Assembly: GCF_000237865.1 (NCBI RefSeq)
Contig: NC_017459.1
Location: 1,620,001 to 1,652,000 of the forward strand
Origin: Haloquadratum walsbyi C23
GTDB lineage: Archaea; Halobacteriota; Halobacteria; Halobacteriales; Haloferacaceae
DNA: 32,000 bases
Direction: 5' to 3'
Shown: positions 1 to 9,830 of the stretch, in pieces
Numbering within the stretch: position 1 is the first letter of the stretch
Layout: every line of letters begins with the position of its first letter
Notes under the pieces: generated by a model
The model's input: the letters and a program-made list of their open reading frames with translations, nothing else
What the model was told of the DNA's origin: nothing
Database searches by the model: none
Translations under genes and position numbers: made by a program

Positions 1-832
1 GCTTCCTAACTTAATTTTGTGTCATCTGCGGTATTATGGAAAAGATATCCATGACTATTCCAGACTCGCTTGTAATAAATTAGCAATAATCGTGGATATT
101 TCTCGGAGGCGTTATTCGCAATGTAGAAAACAAATATAGGTGATACTGTGCGCGTACTATGTGGAGAAGGCGATTTTGTCTTGGATCCTTGTCAGCTGAC
201 TAAACTTTTTATTAACTGAGCTTATAGCTATCACCACTGGGTGTGTATCCGTCTCCAGAGATGTTTCTGAACTCGCTTGAGATGCATTCAGCCATCTCTT
301 GATCACTGTGATTATTCTTTTTTGAGTCCCTTCCGTCCCCATAGCCAGCCCAGCTTTTCACCAAATGAATCCTTGCTTAGATACTCATAATATTCTTGAT
401 CATCTCTTTGATCGACACCATATTCACTTTCCCAGTAAGGAATCGGCAGTTGACATTTCATACCATCGGTAGTGGTAATATGAAATAAAACAATTTTATG
501 GCTAACTCAATAGTCAACATTCAGAAAAACATGAATTCCGAACACTCTGTCATCTCAACCACGATTTTCCATAATCATAGTGAAATGACTATGAGCAATA
601 TATAATTGATCTCAATCAATTTCATCAGTGTCATCACCGCGAAAAACTGTCACACAAACAAATAAACGCTCTTTCTGTCACATGCCCAACGTCAGTCATC
701 AACTTGCTGTCGTAATTTACAAATGAAATTGTGAACGCATCCTCTTGTCCTGATCGTGCTTCCAGTTGGTCGGTTTCCTGCGGAACTAAGCCAGATCTGA
801 ACATTGAACAAGATATAATTGTATTCTTTTCA

Positions 833-851
833 GGCTGAGAACGACGGGAAG
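833..851. repeat. left copy of a 19-nt perfect inverted repeat (GGCTGAGAACGACGGGAAG)
   Basis: Exact reverse complement occurs at 14403-14421. Weaker similarity extends about 20 nt outward on both sides. Confidence 0.8.
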
Positions 852-1985
852 CGCCGGCATCCTTGTGACAATATGATTGAGCAAGTTATTGTTCAACACG
901 GCGATGTCCCTGATCCCAGTGATATTGAACAACTCATTTTCAATCTCATTGGTGGGGACTCAATATTGTGTTGATAATGAATTATTATAAATAATATTGT
1001 ATATATTATACATTATTGTGAAGTCAATGTTGACCGACAAAGTCAGTTATCTTGAATTGATAAAAAGCTATCTTGACTTATCAGAACCCACAAGATTGAC
1101 CGGTCGGAACAAAGTTAATGTCAGTTGCTTCTGAATCACAGTTGTGCTATTCTTACTTATTTTTGGACGAACGTAATATTCTGTATTCCGACATCGATTT
1201 ATTTCGTCTCATAACTGGACATTTGGTCATTTTAGATTAGAACTAAAGCGTGATTTACTCAGACGAGAATTTAATTCAGACACTGATCATATGATTCTTA
1301 TTCTGAGATACCTATCAATGCAAATCACACAAACTCCTGGGAGGACGGTGACGACATTTCGGGAACGACTTAATGAATGCCGTCAACCGACTCAAAAAAC
1401 TTCATAGAAGCGTTTTCTTGAATCCTTCAGACGGTTCCTTGTAGTGCATGTGATCGTAAGAATGAGTCTGGTTTCGTTCGGGAAGGCTCGGTTCTTGTAT
1501 GTATTATCGTCTTTTTTCGTTAGCTCGTGAGCAGGCTGTGGAGCCTGTCAGAAGGTTTTATTTTCATATATGCTACGGTTCATCTTTCATGAGAGAACGC
1601 TATCAGACACATCTGTTGGATCTCTCAGGTGGTCGCTTGTCTTTTACTGAATGTGACTGTGACAATCATTTCTGGTTTCGTCCGGGAAGCGGGCGCATCT
1701 TGTCTTTCTGTACCAGTGAATTGTGTGTGTATCAATTATACCATTGGTAATAATTGTTGAAAGTATATTATTAAAAGTATGCGGTTGCGGGTGGCGGTAG
1801 TTGTGCTGTTACTGTAGTGGATGCGTCTTCCCCCTTCCTGAACGTAAACAGTAATAAAGACAGCAACGCGGTAAAGACAACAGTATAATTAACAGCAGTA
1901 CTATTATAATAACTGTGCACAGTAACTGGGTACAATAAGGTAGGGTGGTAAGTCAATGTCCAGTAGTAATTGACTCAGCAAAAGT

Positions 1986-2084
1986 CAATAACGAATGGTA
2001 ATAATTACGGGGGTAATTTAATAACCAATGAACATTGCCGCGGCAAGAGACAATAACGACTGGTAATGATTATACGTAGGGGGT
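1986..2084. repeat. iteron-like direct repeats in an AT-rich non-coding region
   Basis: CAATAACGAATGGTAATAATTACGGGGGT (1986-2014) versus CAATAACGACTGGTAATGATTATACGTAGGGGGT (2051-2084). A partial third copy TGGTAATAATT lies near 1745. The AAGTCAAT motif recurs at 1021, 1950 and 1982. Confidence 0.5.
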
Positions 2085-2386
2085 CAAAGACAGTTGGAAC
2101 ATTGAGTGCCCCCACCCGGGGTCAAACAAACGCAACTCCGTCAGAAAATTGTTCTCGATTTTCACTTCCGCCTATGGGATTTCATCGAAGATAATTTAAG
2201 ATCGAGAGATTGATCTGAAGTAATCATAATTGACCGTTTGTTAAATTATCTTAGGAGCGGCGATAGAGACCCTATTTAAATGAAAGTGACAAAGATTTTT
2301 TCGAAGAACTGGCTCACTACCCACATCTGAGGACATGGTATTGATGTGTGGGGGTTTATCCCGGCATCCGCCCACCGTCTCTACGG

Positions 2387-3913
2387 ATGGATGTAACCGA
2401 AAGCGAAGAGAGCGAGGATCCTTCTCAACCCAGTATCAAGCGAGCACGTGAGTGTCTCTCCTCTGCTATCGCGAATGGATTCAGTAACTCTTCACCAGTG
2501 CTGGTTGACGCGCTTCCTGCTATGGGTAAGAGTCGGGGCGTCATCGAATGGGCGGCGAGTACTGGAAATCCGCTCACGGTTCTGACTGCCAGGCATGAAC
2601 TTTACAATCAATATACAGGTTGGTGTGACGAGCTGAACTTAATCTCGCGAATCCTTCCTTCATTTTATGATGACTGCCCATCTGCGAACGGAACACACGG
2701 AGAAAAATGGGAGAAACGAATAACTCAGATTTACAATCAGAGAGATCTCCTTCCCGGGGAGATACACGATAACGCGCATGAACTTTTTGATGAAGAACTT
2801 CCATGTCAAAAGGGGCACGACTGTTTATATTTCACCCGGCGAGATTTTGATCATACAAAATACGACGTGTTAATTGGTCACTACTCACACTGTTATTCAC
2901 CACAAAACATTGAAGATCGATACGTTGCAATAGACGAGTTCCCACAGGGTAGTTTTCTTTCAGAATATAGCGCCGAAACGGTCGCCGAATCGGTAGGCAA
3001 GTATCTTAATCAGAAAAATGAGTTGCCATTCAATTATCTCAAAGATATCGAAGAAAATCGACGGGATCCCGGAAAGAAACGAAGTGGACTGAAGTGGTTT
3101 ACCGAACACAATCCAGAGATTGAACGTGACTCTCTCAATATCATTGAAAATACTCGGGGCTATCATCCAGAAGCGCCGACAATGACATACGCGATTCTTG
3201 CAGCAGAGGATCTTGATAATCGATGGGAATACACAGATTTTCCTGACGAGCGAGTGGTGATCAATGACCCGAATGACAAGTCGCTAACTCTACTGAGACA
3301 GCCACCGTTCTCTGAAGCCACGAGTGTTATTGCTCTTGACGGAACACCAACCATCGAAAAATGGAAGCTAATGCTGGGCAATGACTTGGAGCATAGCCCT
3401 GTATTGAGCGATGATAAGAAACGGGCATATGTGCGAAAGACGCTCGGCATTCAGATTATCCAAACGACGAACGCAGCGAATCACTACTCAGGGAAATCAG
3501 CTATTTCCGTGACTCCAGAACGAGATATTGTTTTATTTGAGGGAATTGAAAGCCGCGAAAATCAAAAGCCTGCCCTCATTGTCTCACAAGCCGCCGAGGA
3601 AAATTACAGAGAACAAGAGGATCTTTCCGATGTCGTTGACGAGGTTGAACACTATGGGAATATCAAAGGGAGCAATAAGTTTAGTGATGCTCGCGTCGGG
3701 GTCATTTCTGGAAGTCCACATTACGGAGATAACTATATCAAAAAATGGTCTGCTCTCGCCGGGAAGTCTGTCTCTCGTGTCGAACGAACAAAGGGAATGG
3801 GTCAAGACTTCGGCACATTCGGGAATCAGATTCTCCATGGAATGCGTGAGAATGCTGTGCTCCAAGCAGCGATGAGATTTGGGTCTCACTATTCACTGCT
3901 CATTGCTCATTGA
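2387..3913 (+). CDS. uncharacterised P-loop NTPase, helicase-like
   Basis: The ORF is 2348-3913 (GTG start); the first ATG is at 2387 (MDVTESEE...). It has a Walker-A-like LPAMGKSRG and a Walker-B-like YVAIDEFPQ. VIALDGTPT and the C-terminal VLQAAMRFG resemble helicase motifs III and VI. Composition is acidic. I could not name the family by eye. Confidence 0.6.
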   Translation: MDVTESEESEDPSQPSIKRARECLSSAIANGFSNSSPVLVDALPAMGKSRGVIEWAASTGNPLTVLTARHELYNQYTGWCDELNLISRILPSFYDDCPSANGTHGEKWEKRITQIYNQRDLLPGEIHDNAHELFDEELPCQKGHDCLYFTRRDFDHTKYDVLIGHYSHCYSPQNIEDRYVAIDEFPQGSFLSEYSAETVAESVGKYLNQKNELPFNYLKDIEENRRDPGKKRSGLKWFTEHNPEIERDSLNIIENTRGYHPEAPTMTYAILAAEDLDNRWEYTDFPDERVVINDPNDKSLTLLRQPPFSEATSVIALDGTPTIEKWKLMLGNDLEHSPVLSDDKKRAYVRKTLGIQIIQTTNAANHYSGKSAISVTPERDIVLFEGIESRENQKPALIVSQAAEENYREQEDLSDVVDEVEHYGNIKGSNKFSDARVGVISGSPHYGDNYIKKWSALAGKSVSRVERTKGMGQDFGTFGNQILHGMRENAVLQAAMRFGSHYSLLIAH

Positions 3914-4198
3914 ATCCTCAATTTTCATCGTCACAAGTTTGTCTTCAACCTCACCAAGCTTACTGTCTATTTGCTCAATGAATTCATTAGTTTCCTTCGT
4001 TGTAATCGCGCCCTGACCAGATGGATCAATGAGATTCTCCTCTTCAAGAACACGTAGAGAGTATCGGACCTTGTGGTGCGCATAGCCGGTCTGGTCAGAC
4101 ACTTTGACGATACCAATCGGCTCGCTGTCGATAACCAGCCTCAGAATCTCCAGGTGGCGATCTAACATATTCACTTCTTTTTCGAGTCTACTAATCAT
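3893..4198 (-). CDS. small winged-helix (wHTH) transcription regulator
   Basis: 101 aa. The segment LDRHLEILRLVIDSEPIGIVKVSDQTGYAHHKVRYSLRVLEEENLIDPS is typical of archaeal wHTH regulators. The 3' end overlaps the convergent 2387-3913 gene by 21 nt. Confidence 0.7.
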   Translation of the reverse strand: MISRLEKEVNMLDRHLEILRLVIDSEPIGIVKVSDQTGYAHHKVRYSLRVLEEENLIDPSGQGAITTKETNEFIEQIDSKLGEVEDKLVTMKIEDSMSNEQ

Positions 4199-4403
4199 GT
4201 TGTTTGTTAGCGTACTTCACGTCGGTTAAGTGTTTTCTCTCTCACACTTGTGATCAGCTTCGTTGCAACTCTTGGATGGAATCTGTCAGCTCTATACGCC
4301 GGTCATACGGTATCTAAGTACGATAAAAACAGGCTGAAATGTAATATAGATAATACTACCTAAATTATAATTGAATAGATGTTTGAAACTCAATATTGCT
4401 ATC

Positions 4404-6080
4404 ATGCGAGCTGAATTCCGAAAAATCAGGGATTTATTTACTAAGGGCGGTACTAAATTTGAAGTTCCTGACTATCAACGGGGTTTTGAATGGGAGCGAA
4501 GTCAATTTGAAGATCTTTGGTTCGATATTCAGAGACTTGAAGATACAGAAGACATTCACTATCTTGGTAATATTATACTGCTAAAACAAGACAGCGAATC
4601 ATACGAGATTGTTGATGGACAGCAAAGAATGGTCACGATATCGATTTTTATGATGGCTATTAGGGATATTTTGTGCCAAGATAACCAAGATGATCGGAGG
4701 ATAGAAGATATAATCAATGCTTATCCCTCCGACCAGACCGACCCAGTCAGACGGATTCGTCTTAATGATGACGAAGCAGATGAACACTTTGAGAATCTCT
4801 GGTTGGGAAATAGTGAGAACATAGATGGATCTATCCAAACAGCATATGATTACTTTTTAGATCGATTAAATGATGTTGAACAGGAGAAAATCGAATCGTC
4901 GTTAGTGCCGAAGATTATCAAAAGTTTAAGAATAGTTGAGACTCGCTCAGATACAACAAGTTTAGCGTATATGATATTTCAAAGTCAGAATGAACGTGGT
5001 AAAGACGTTTCACCGGCAATTCTGGCAAAGGCACGGATTTTCGGAGCCGCTGACCGTGAGGAAAGCAGAGAAAGGCAACAAAAAATCACTGGACACTGGA
5101 AGAAAATATATCGGCGACTAAACTCAGAACTTGGCGGGACACGGTTTCATGAAAATACACGTGTGCGGCGGGTACTCAGTCATATATTAATTAATTCTGA
5201 AAGCTCGACACCAGCTCAAATTAGCAAATCCGCTTTTTATCGAACTTTTGATGAAGTAGTTCAGCAAAAAAATGACGTACTTAAGTTTGTCAAGGACATT
5301 GATAATCAAGTTGATACATATTTACAGATTGCAAGCAATGACCTGGATGTTGAGGCACGGGATTTTTCTGATGATGCCAAAAAGAGTCTTCAATACCTGA
5401 ATTCAGCTGCCACCCAAGGAGAGATATTATCACTTTCAATAATAACCAATACCGATGATAACAGACAAAGGGAGGAATTTCTAAGACTGGCTTCAGTTAT
5501 TGGCATGCGGATGCAGCTTGGAGGAGAGAGTTCCAGCGACATACTCGATGCGATTCATGCGGTTGCCAGCGATGTACGGGAATCTGATGACATTCGATCT
5601 ACTCTTCGACGGTCAGTGAGAAATAGAACGCCTGAAGATAGCGAAATAATCGAATATCTAAAAGCAAACTCATTGACTTTAGATGGATCATGGCGATTCC
5701 GGACACTGCTGATTCTTCAGAGCATAGAGAATGGAAGGCGAACTGGAACAAGTCTTGAATTGGGTTCTCTTGATATCGAACACATTGCTCCTCGTCGAAC
5801 GTTCGCAAAGTCAGAGTATGCTGAGTGGAGAATAGGTCTTGATATGGAAGAATTTGAAGAGAATGGCAAACGCGATTGTCTCGGCAATCTGACTTTGTTA
5901 CATAAAAATGACCATTCTGCTATTGACGAAAGTTCCTTTTCCCGAAAAAGTCGAGCATATAGGAATTCGGATATCAAGATTGCACAGGAAATCGCCGATA
6001 TCGATACTTGGAACCACGAAAAAATAGATGAAAGAAGTGAACGATTAGCCAAAGAATTGGTCAATCGATGGAGTATATGA
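4404..6080 (+). CDS. GmrSD-like Type IV restriction endonuclease (DUF262 N-terminal, DUF1524 His-Me C-terminal)
   Basis: DUF262 motifs are VPDYQRGFEWERSQ and IVDGQQR. DUF1524-like motifs are DIEHIAPRR and LGNLTLLHKNDHSAI. The ORF track starts at TTG 4371; the first ATG at 4404 (MRAEFRKI) is the more likely start. Confidence 0.85.
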   Translation: MRAEFRKIRDLFTKGGTKFEVPDYQRGFEWERSQFEDLWFDIQRLEDTEDIHYLGNIILLKQDSESYEIVDGQQRMVTISIFMMAIRDILCQDNQDDRRIEDIINAYPSDQTDPVRRIRLNDDEADEHFENLWLGNSENIDGSIQTAYDYFLDRLNDVEQEKIESSLVPKIIKSLRIVETRSDTTSLAYMIFQSQNERGKDVSPAILAKARIFGAADREESRERQQKITGHWKKIYRRLNSELGGTRFHENTRVRRVLSHILINSESSTPAQISKSAFYRTFDEVVQQKNDVLKFVKDIDNQVDTYLQIASNDLDVEARDFSDDAKKSLQYLNSAATQGEILSLSIITNTDDNRQREEFLRLASVIGMRMQLGGESSSDILDAIHAVASDVRESDDIRSTLRRSVRNRTPEDSEIIEYLKANSLTLDGSWRFRTLLILQSIENGRRTGTSLELGSLDIEHIAPRRTFAKSEYAEWRIGLDMEEFEENGKRDCLGNLTLLHKNDHSAIDESSFSRKSRAYRNSDIKIAQEIADIDTWNHEKIDERSERLAKELVNRWSI

Positions 6081-6124
6081 CTATCTGTCGCGGCGATTAA
6101 TTATAGATGGAAACAATCGCAGTT

Positions 6125-6859
6125 TCATAGATCGGCTTTCGAGAAGATGAGCCGTGCGCTGTTTTCTTTGAGCCATTCCGCGTGTTCCACATACTCGGGA
6201 TGATACTCTGAAACAAGATCCCAGAACGCCTGTGTATGATTCGGTTCACGGAGATGCGCTAATTCGTGGACCACAATATAGTCAATCACATCAGGTGAAG
6301 CCATCATCAACCGCCAATTGAGACCAAGTGTGCCGGACGGAGAGCAACTTCCCCATCTTGTTCGTTGATTCCGAATTTCGATTTGCGTGTACTCAACTCC
6401 CATTTGAGAAGCATACTGCTCGGCACGGTCGGCAAAGTGTTGGCGTGCCTGATTCCGATAGAAATTCTCCAATGCTCGTTTGACCGATGACTGCTTTACT
6501 GCGCTCTGTCGTAATCGAATCGTCTGGTATTGGTCCGTAGCGGACACAGTGTGGGACTGTCGAGATTCAATTACCAACTCGTGCGTTTCCCCAAGATATG
6601 GAAATTCTTCACCAGCTTCAAATGTCCGTTTAGGGGCTTCATCTCGATATGCTTGGTACATTCGTTGTTTTTCCAGCACCCACGAAGCGTTCTCCTTCAG
6701 TAGTTCTGTCGGAAGAGTATCTATTGAGTGAGGCACAACGACCGTCACCCCGTGAATGTCAACATCAATCCGTGGCTCTGATGCCTCTGCACTCCGCCGT
6801 ATCTCGTATTCAACGCTCTTTCCCAGCAACTCAATCTCGCGGAGTTGGACCTCACTCAT
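6125..6859 (-). CDS. DUF45/COG1451 (M48-like) zinc metallohydrolase
   Basis: HELAHLREPNH carries the HExxH zinc motif. The start overlaps the hsdR stop by 8 nt (TATGAGTGA junction), indicating an operon with hsdR. Confidence 0.85.
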   Translation of the reverse strand: MSEVQLREIELLGKSVEYEIRRSAEASEPRIDVDIHGVTVVVPHSIDTLPTELLKENASWVLEKQRMYQAYRDEAPKRTFEAGEEFPYLGETHELVIESRQSHTVSATDQYQTIRLRQSAVKQSSVKRALENFYRNQARQHFADRAEQYASQMGVEYTQIEIRNQRTRWGSCSPSGTLGLNWRLMMASPDVIDYIVVHELAHLREPNHTQAFWDLVSEYHPEYVEHAEWLKENSARLIFSKADL

Positions 6860-9830
6860 ACTGCTCAGCTGTCATCTCGTGATTTTGGATGAGATACTCC
6901 CGTATTGTATCAACGAACTCGTCATTTCCTGCGATGAGACTTCCGAGATCATATTCAACAACAAGCACATCTAACAGGATTCGTTCGATCTCGGAAATTG
7001 TCTGTTGATTTGTTTTCCAGCCATCGAACCCATAGTCAACTCGCTCATAGAACTGCTTAACAATATCTTCGGCAACGGATTCCGCCTGCTCTTCTGACTG
7101 AATCACCTCGCTGGTTTCCTCCGTGAGATGGGTATAAATGGCGAATTCAGCGTCATTCATCCCCTGCTCTTCTGCCTCTTCCTCGATTTCAAGAATTTCT
7201 TCCTCAACCGTTTTTAGCGCTTCAACTGCCTCAGGATCGTCAATTTCGCTTCCTTGCCACTGTGCAACGATGTCTGTCACCCGTTCACTGAGTCGCTTGT
7301 AACGTGGATTCTGGTTTTCACGCGGCTGAAGATGTTCCTGTGTGGCATGAGCAATCTGTGATGCCTTCACTGACGGATTCTCTGGTTCGTCTTCTTCTTC
7401 CAGATACTCTTCTCCGAGCTTGTATGTTGGAAAGTCACTTTTCACCTGTTCTATTGCGACGTTTTCACTCACTATCTTTCGGGTCTTCTCCCGCATATCT
7501 TCTTCAGGGTTATTCTCGCCACTGGTCGTCCGCTTGAACGCAACATGAATCCGACTCAGCCATTTATATCGCCTATCAATATCTTCTTGAACTAACCGAC
7601 CATCAGGTGCGACTGCCTCATAGAGATCCTGTAATTGACGGAACCCTCGTTTGAATTCACGTCGAGTTGGATGTGTCAGCACTCGCTCCACTGCCTCAGT
7701 CGTTGCCTCACTGGAGTCGGTCTTTGGAATCCCATCAAATATCTCCATTACGAACTCCAACTGGTCAACGAGATCATCAAACAGCTCGTCTTTGTCACGA
7801 GCGGCGTTTGCCTGTGTCTTCGTATCGTAATCGAGAGCGTCGTCAATGTTCTCAAAGACGCCTTGGAAATCGACAATCTCGCCATTCTCTTTCCCGTCTG
7901 CTGGTCGATTTGTTCGGGCAATTGCCTGCATCAGGTTGTGATTCTTCAAATTACGGTCGAGGTAGATCGTCTTCAAGACTGGAGCATCAAATCCGGTCAA
8001 GAGCATGTTATGAACGACCAGCAACTTCGGATTATCTTCATCCTTGAACTCATTGACTATCGAATCGCGCTCCTCTGAATCGGTATGGAATTGCTGGATG
8101 AGGTCGGAGTCGTCTTTTGTCGAGGTATAGAGAACTTCAACCTCCTCCTCACTCCGAAGCTCTATGAGTCGTTCACCATACATCGCTGCCGACTGACGAC
8201 TGGAAGTAACGACCATTCCCTTCCAGCCGTTTGGAGCAACGGAGTCGTCATAGTGCTGGTCAATCACTTCAACCGCTTTCTGTACCCGTGGCTCAATCTC
8301 AGCCAACATTCTCGACGTTACCTTCTCACGAATAACCGCCCGCTTCTCGTCCGTACTCAGTCCGCGGAACTGCTCTTCAAACTCCTCGTCAAGTCCTGAC
8401 TCATCTATCTGCCATTTCATTTCGTGGCGGAGCGTGAAGTACACAGGAAGAATTAATTCATCATCTATGCCTTCTTTCACTGAATAGCGATGAAGATAGT
8501 TTTCATCCTCTGGGGAGAACTCATCAAAGGTGTTTTTATCTTTCTCTCGCTCTCCTTCTCGAACGGGTGTGCCAGTGAAGCCAAAGTGAGTACAATCAGG
8601 TAAAGCGGCATCCAATCGACTCCCGAGGTCAGCCTCCATAAATCGGTGAGCCTCATCAGACATTACCACAACTTCGTCGTTGCCCTGTACGTCGGGATCC
8701 ACGTCTTGGAATTTTTGAACAGTGGTCAGAACGAGTTCGCTCTGTCCTTGCTTGATGAGTTCCTGTAAATGTTCGATACTCTCAGCTTCTTTCCACGCCT
8801 CTAAGGAGAGGTTCGTCAACTGATCCCGCATCTGGCTATTCAGCTTGTCTGTATCGACAATGATGAAAACCTGTGGATTACGGGCAACGTCTCGATCTAA
8901 CAGGTTCTCCGCCGCATACAACATCGTGAACGACTTGCCTGACCCTTGTGTGTGCCAAATAAGTCCCCGGTCGTGTTTGTCGCGATCAACCCGTCCCAAC
9001 ATCTCATTGACTGCGTAGTACTGCATATGCCGTGGAATAATCTTGGCGTTTCCACCCGCTCGTCGTTCGTAGAATACGAAGTTCTTGAGAATATCAAGGA
9101 GCGTTTGTGGGTTGCAAAGTGCCTGTATCGCCTGTTTGGGGTCGTGATCGTCTACAAACTCTTCTGGGGCATCATTCCACGGCTCATAGAACTCTTTCGA
9201 CGCTCCAACTGCACCGTATCTGAACTCTCGTGTATCCGCTGCGACATTGAATAGCGTCGGCACGAATAATCGAGGGAGGTCCTCTTCGTATGCCTGTAGG
9301 TCACTGACGGCGTTGTACCAATCGTTATCCTGTGCAACGCTTTTGAGTTCCATCGTCACCAGCGGGATCCCGTTGACAAACAGGTTCACGTCGGGACGGA
9401 TCGTCGTTTCACGAGAGACAGAAAACTGATTCAGAGCATGGAAGCGATTGTTCTCTGGGTTCTCATAATCAATCAGATCGACGTAGACCGTCCGGCTGGC
9501 ACTTCCGTTCTGCTTGACTGAGAATGTCTTGCCTTTGGTCAGTAACTCGTGGAAGGATTCGTTCCCATCCATCAGGTTCTCAACGTCAAGATCACGCTTG
9601 AGTGAGGAGATGAATTTCTCGACGTTCTCTTCTGTTAGGCAGTCGTTGATTGCGACGAGCTGTTCAGCCAGTAGGTCCCAGTAAATTACTTCATTGCTTC
9701 GGCGTTCGTATTCTGTATCAAGTACGGTCGCTCCTCGGCTTCCGTCCTGTCCGTGTGCTTCCCAACCGACGGCGTCAAGCCACGAGAGAAGCGAGCGTTC
9801 GATGCCGCCTTCGTTGGGGACGCTAACCAT
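6852..9830 (-). CDS. hsdR: Type I restriction enzyme R subunit
   Basis: 992 aa. The N-terminal nuclease motif is D..VNGIPLVTMELK. Helicase motif I is TQGSGKS and motif II is MSDEAHR. The long C-terminal domain is acidic. It overlaps both neighbours by 8 nt. Confidence 0.95.
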   Translation of the reverse strand: MVSVPNEGGIERSLLSWLDAVGWEAHGQDGSRGATVLDTEYERRSNEVIYWDLLAEQLVAINDCLTEENVEKFISSLKRDLDVENLMDGNESFHELLTKGKTFSVKQNGSASRTVYVDLIDYENPENNRFHALNQFSVSRETTIRPDVNLFVNGIPLVTMELKSVAQDNDWYNAVSDLQAYEEDLPRLFVPTLFNVAADTREFRYGAVGASKEFYEPWNDAPEEFVDDHDPKQAIQALCNPQTLLDILKNFVFYERRAGGNAKIIPRHMQYYAVNEMLGRVDRDKHDRGLIWHTQGSGKSFTMLYAAENLLDRDVARNPQVFIIVDTDKLNSQMRDQLTNLSLEAWKEAESIEHLQELIKQGQSELVLTTVQKFQDVDPDVQGNDEVVVMSDEAHRFMEADLGSRLDAALPDCTHFGFTGTPVREGEREKDKNTFDEFSPEDENYLHRYSVKEGIDDELILPVYFTLRHEMKWQIDESGLDEEFEEQFRGLSTDEKRAVIREKVTSRMLAEIEPRVQKAVEVIDQHYDDSVAPNGWKGMVVTSSRQSAAMYGERLIELRSEEEVEVLYTSTKDDSDLIQQFHTDSEERDSIVNEFKDEDNPKLLVVHNMLLTGFDAPVLKTIYLDRNLKNHNLMQAIARTNRPADGKENGEIVDFQGVFENIDDALDYDTKTQANAARDKDELFDDLVDQLEFVMEIFDGIPKTDSSEATTEAVERVLTHPTRREFKRGFRQLQDLYEAVAPDGRLVQEDIDRRYKWLSRIHVAFKRTTSGENNPEEDMREKTRKIVSENVAIEQVKSDFPTYKLGEEYLEEEDEPENPSVKASQIAHATQEHLQPRENQNPRYKRLSERVTDIVAQWQGSEIDDPEAVEALKTVEEEILEIEEEAEEQGMNDAEFAIYTHLTEETSEVIQSEEQAESVAEDIVKQFYERVDYGFDGWKTNQQTISEIERILLDVLVVEYDLGSLIAGNDEFVDTIREYLIQNHEMTAEQYE

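Noticed and set aside
1499-1750. 83-aa ORF in the AT-rich leader region. The ORFs 157-342 and 1771-1956 are similar cases.
   Set aside because: Cys/Phe/Arg-rich and non-acidic, with no motif and no credible neighbours. A 54-aa ORF at about 300-460 (minus strand) adjoining 157-342 in another frame could be a frameshifted relic, but I cannot support it.
7304-9429. Numerous 60-150 aa ORFs antisense to or out of frame within hsdR. The same occurs inside hsdS, hsdM, the integrase, GmrSD and the other long genes.
   Set aside because: They are fully embedded in long genes with clear family motifs. They have basic or low-complexity composition and no motifs of their own. These are typical shadow ORFs.
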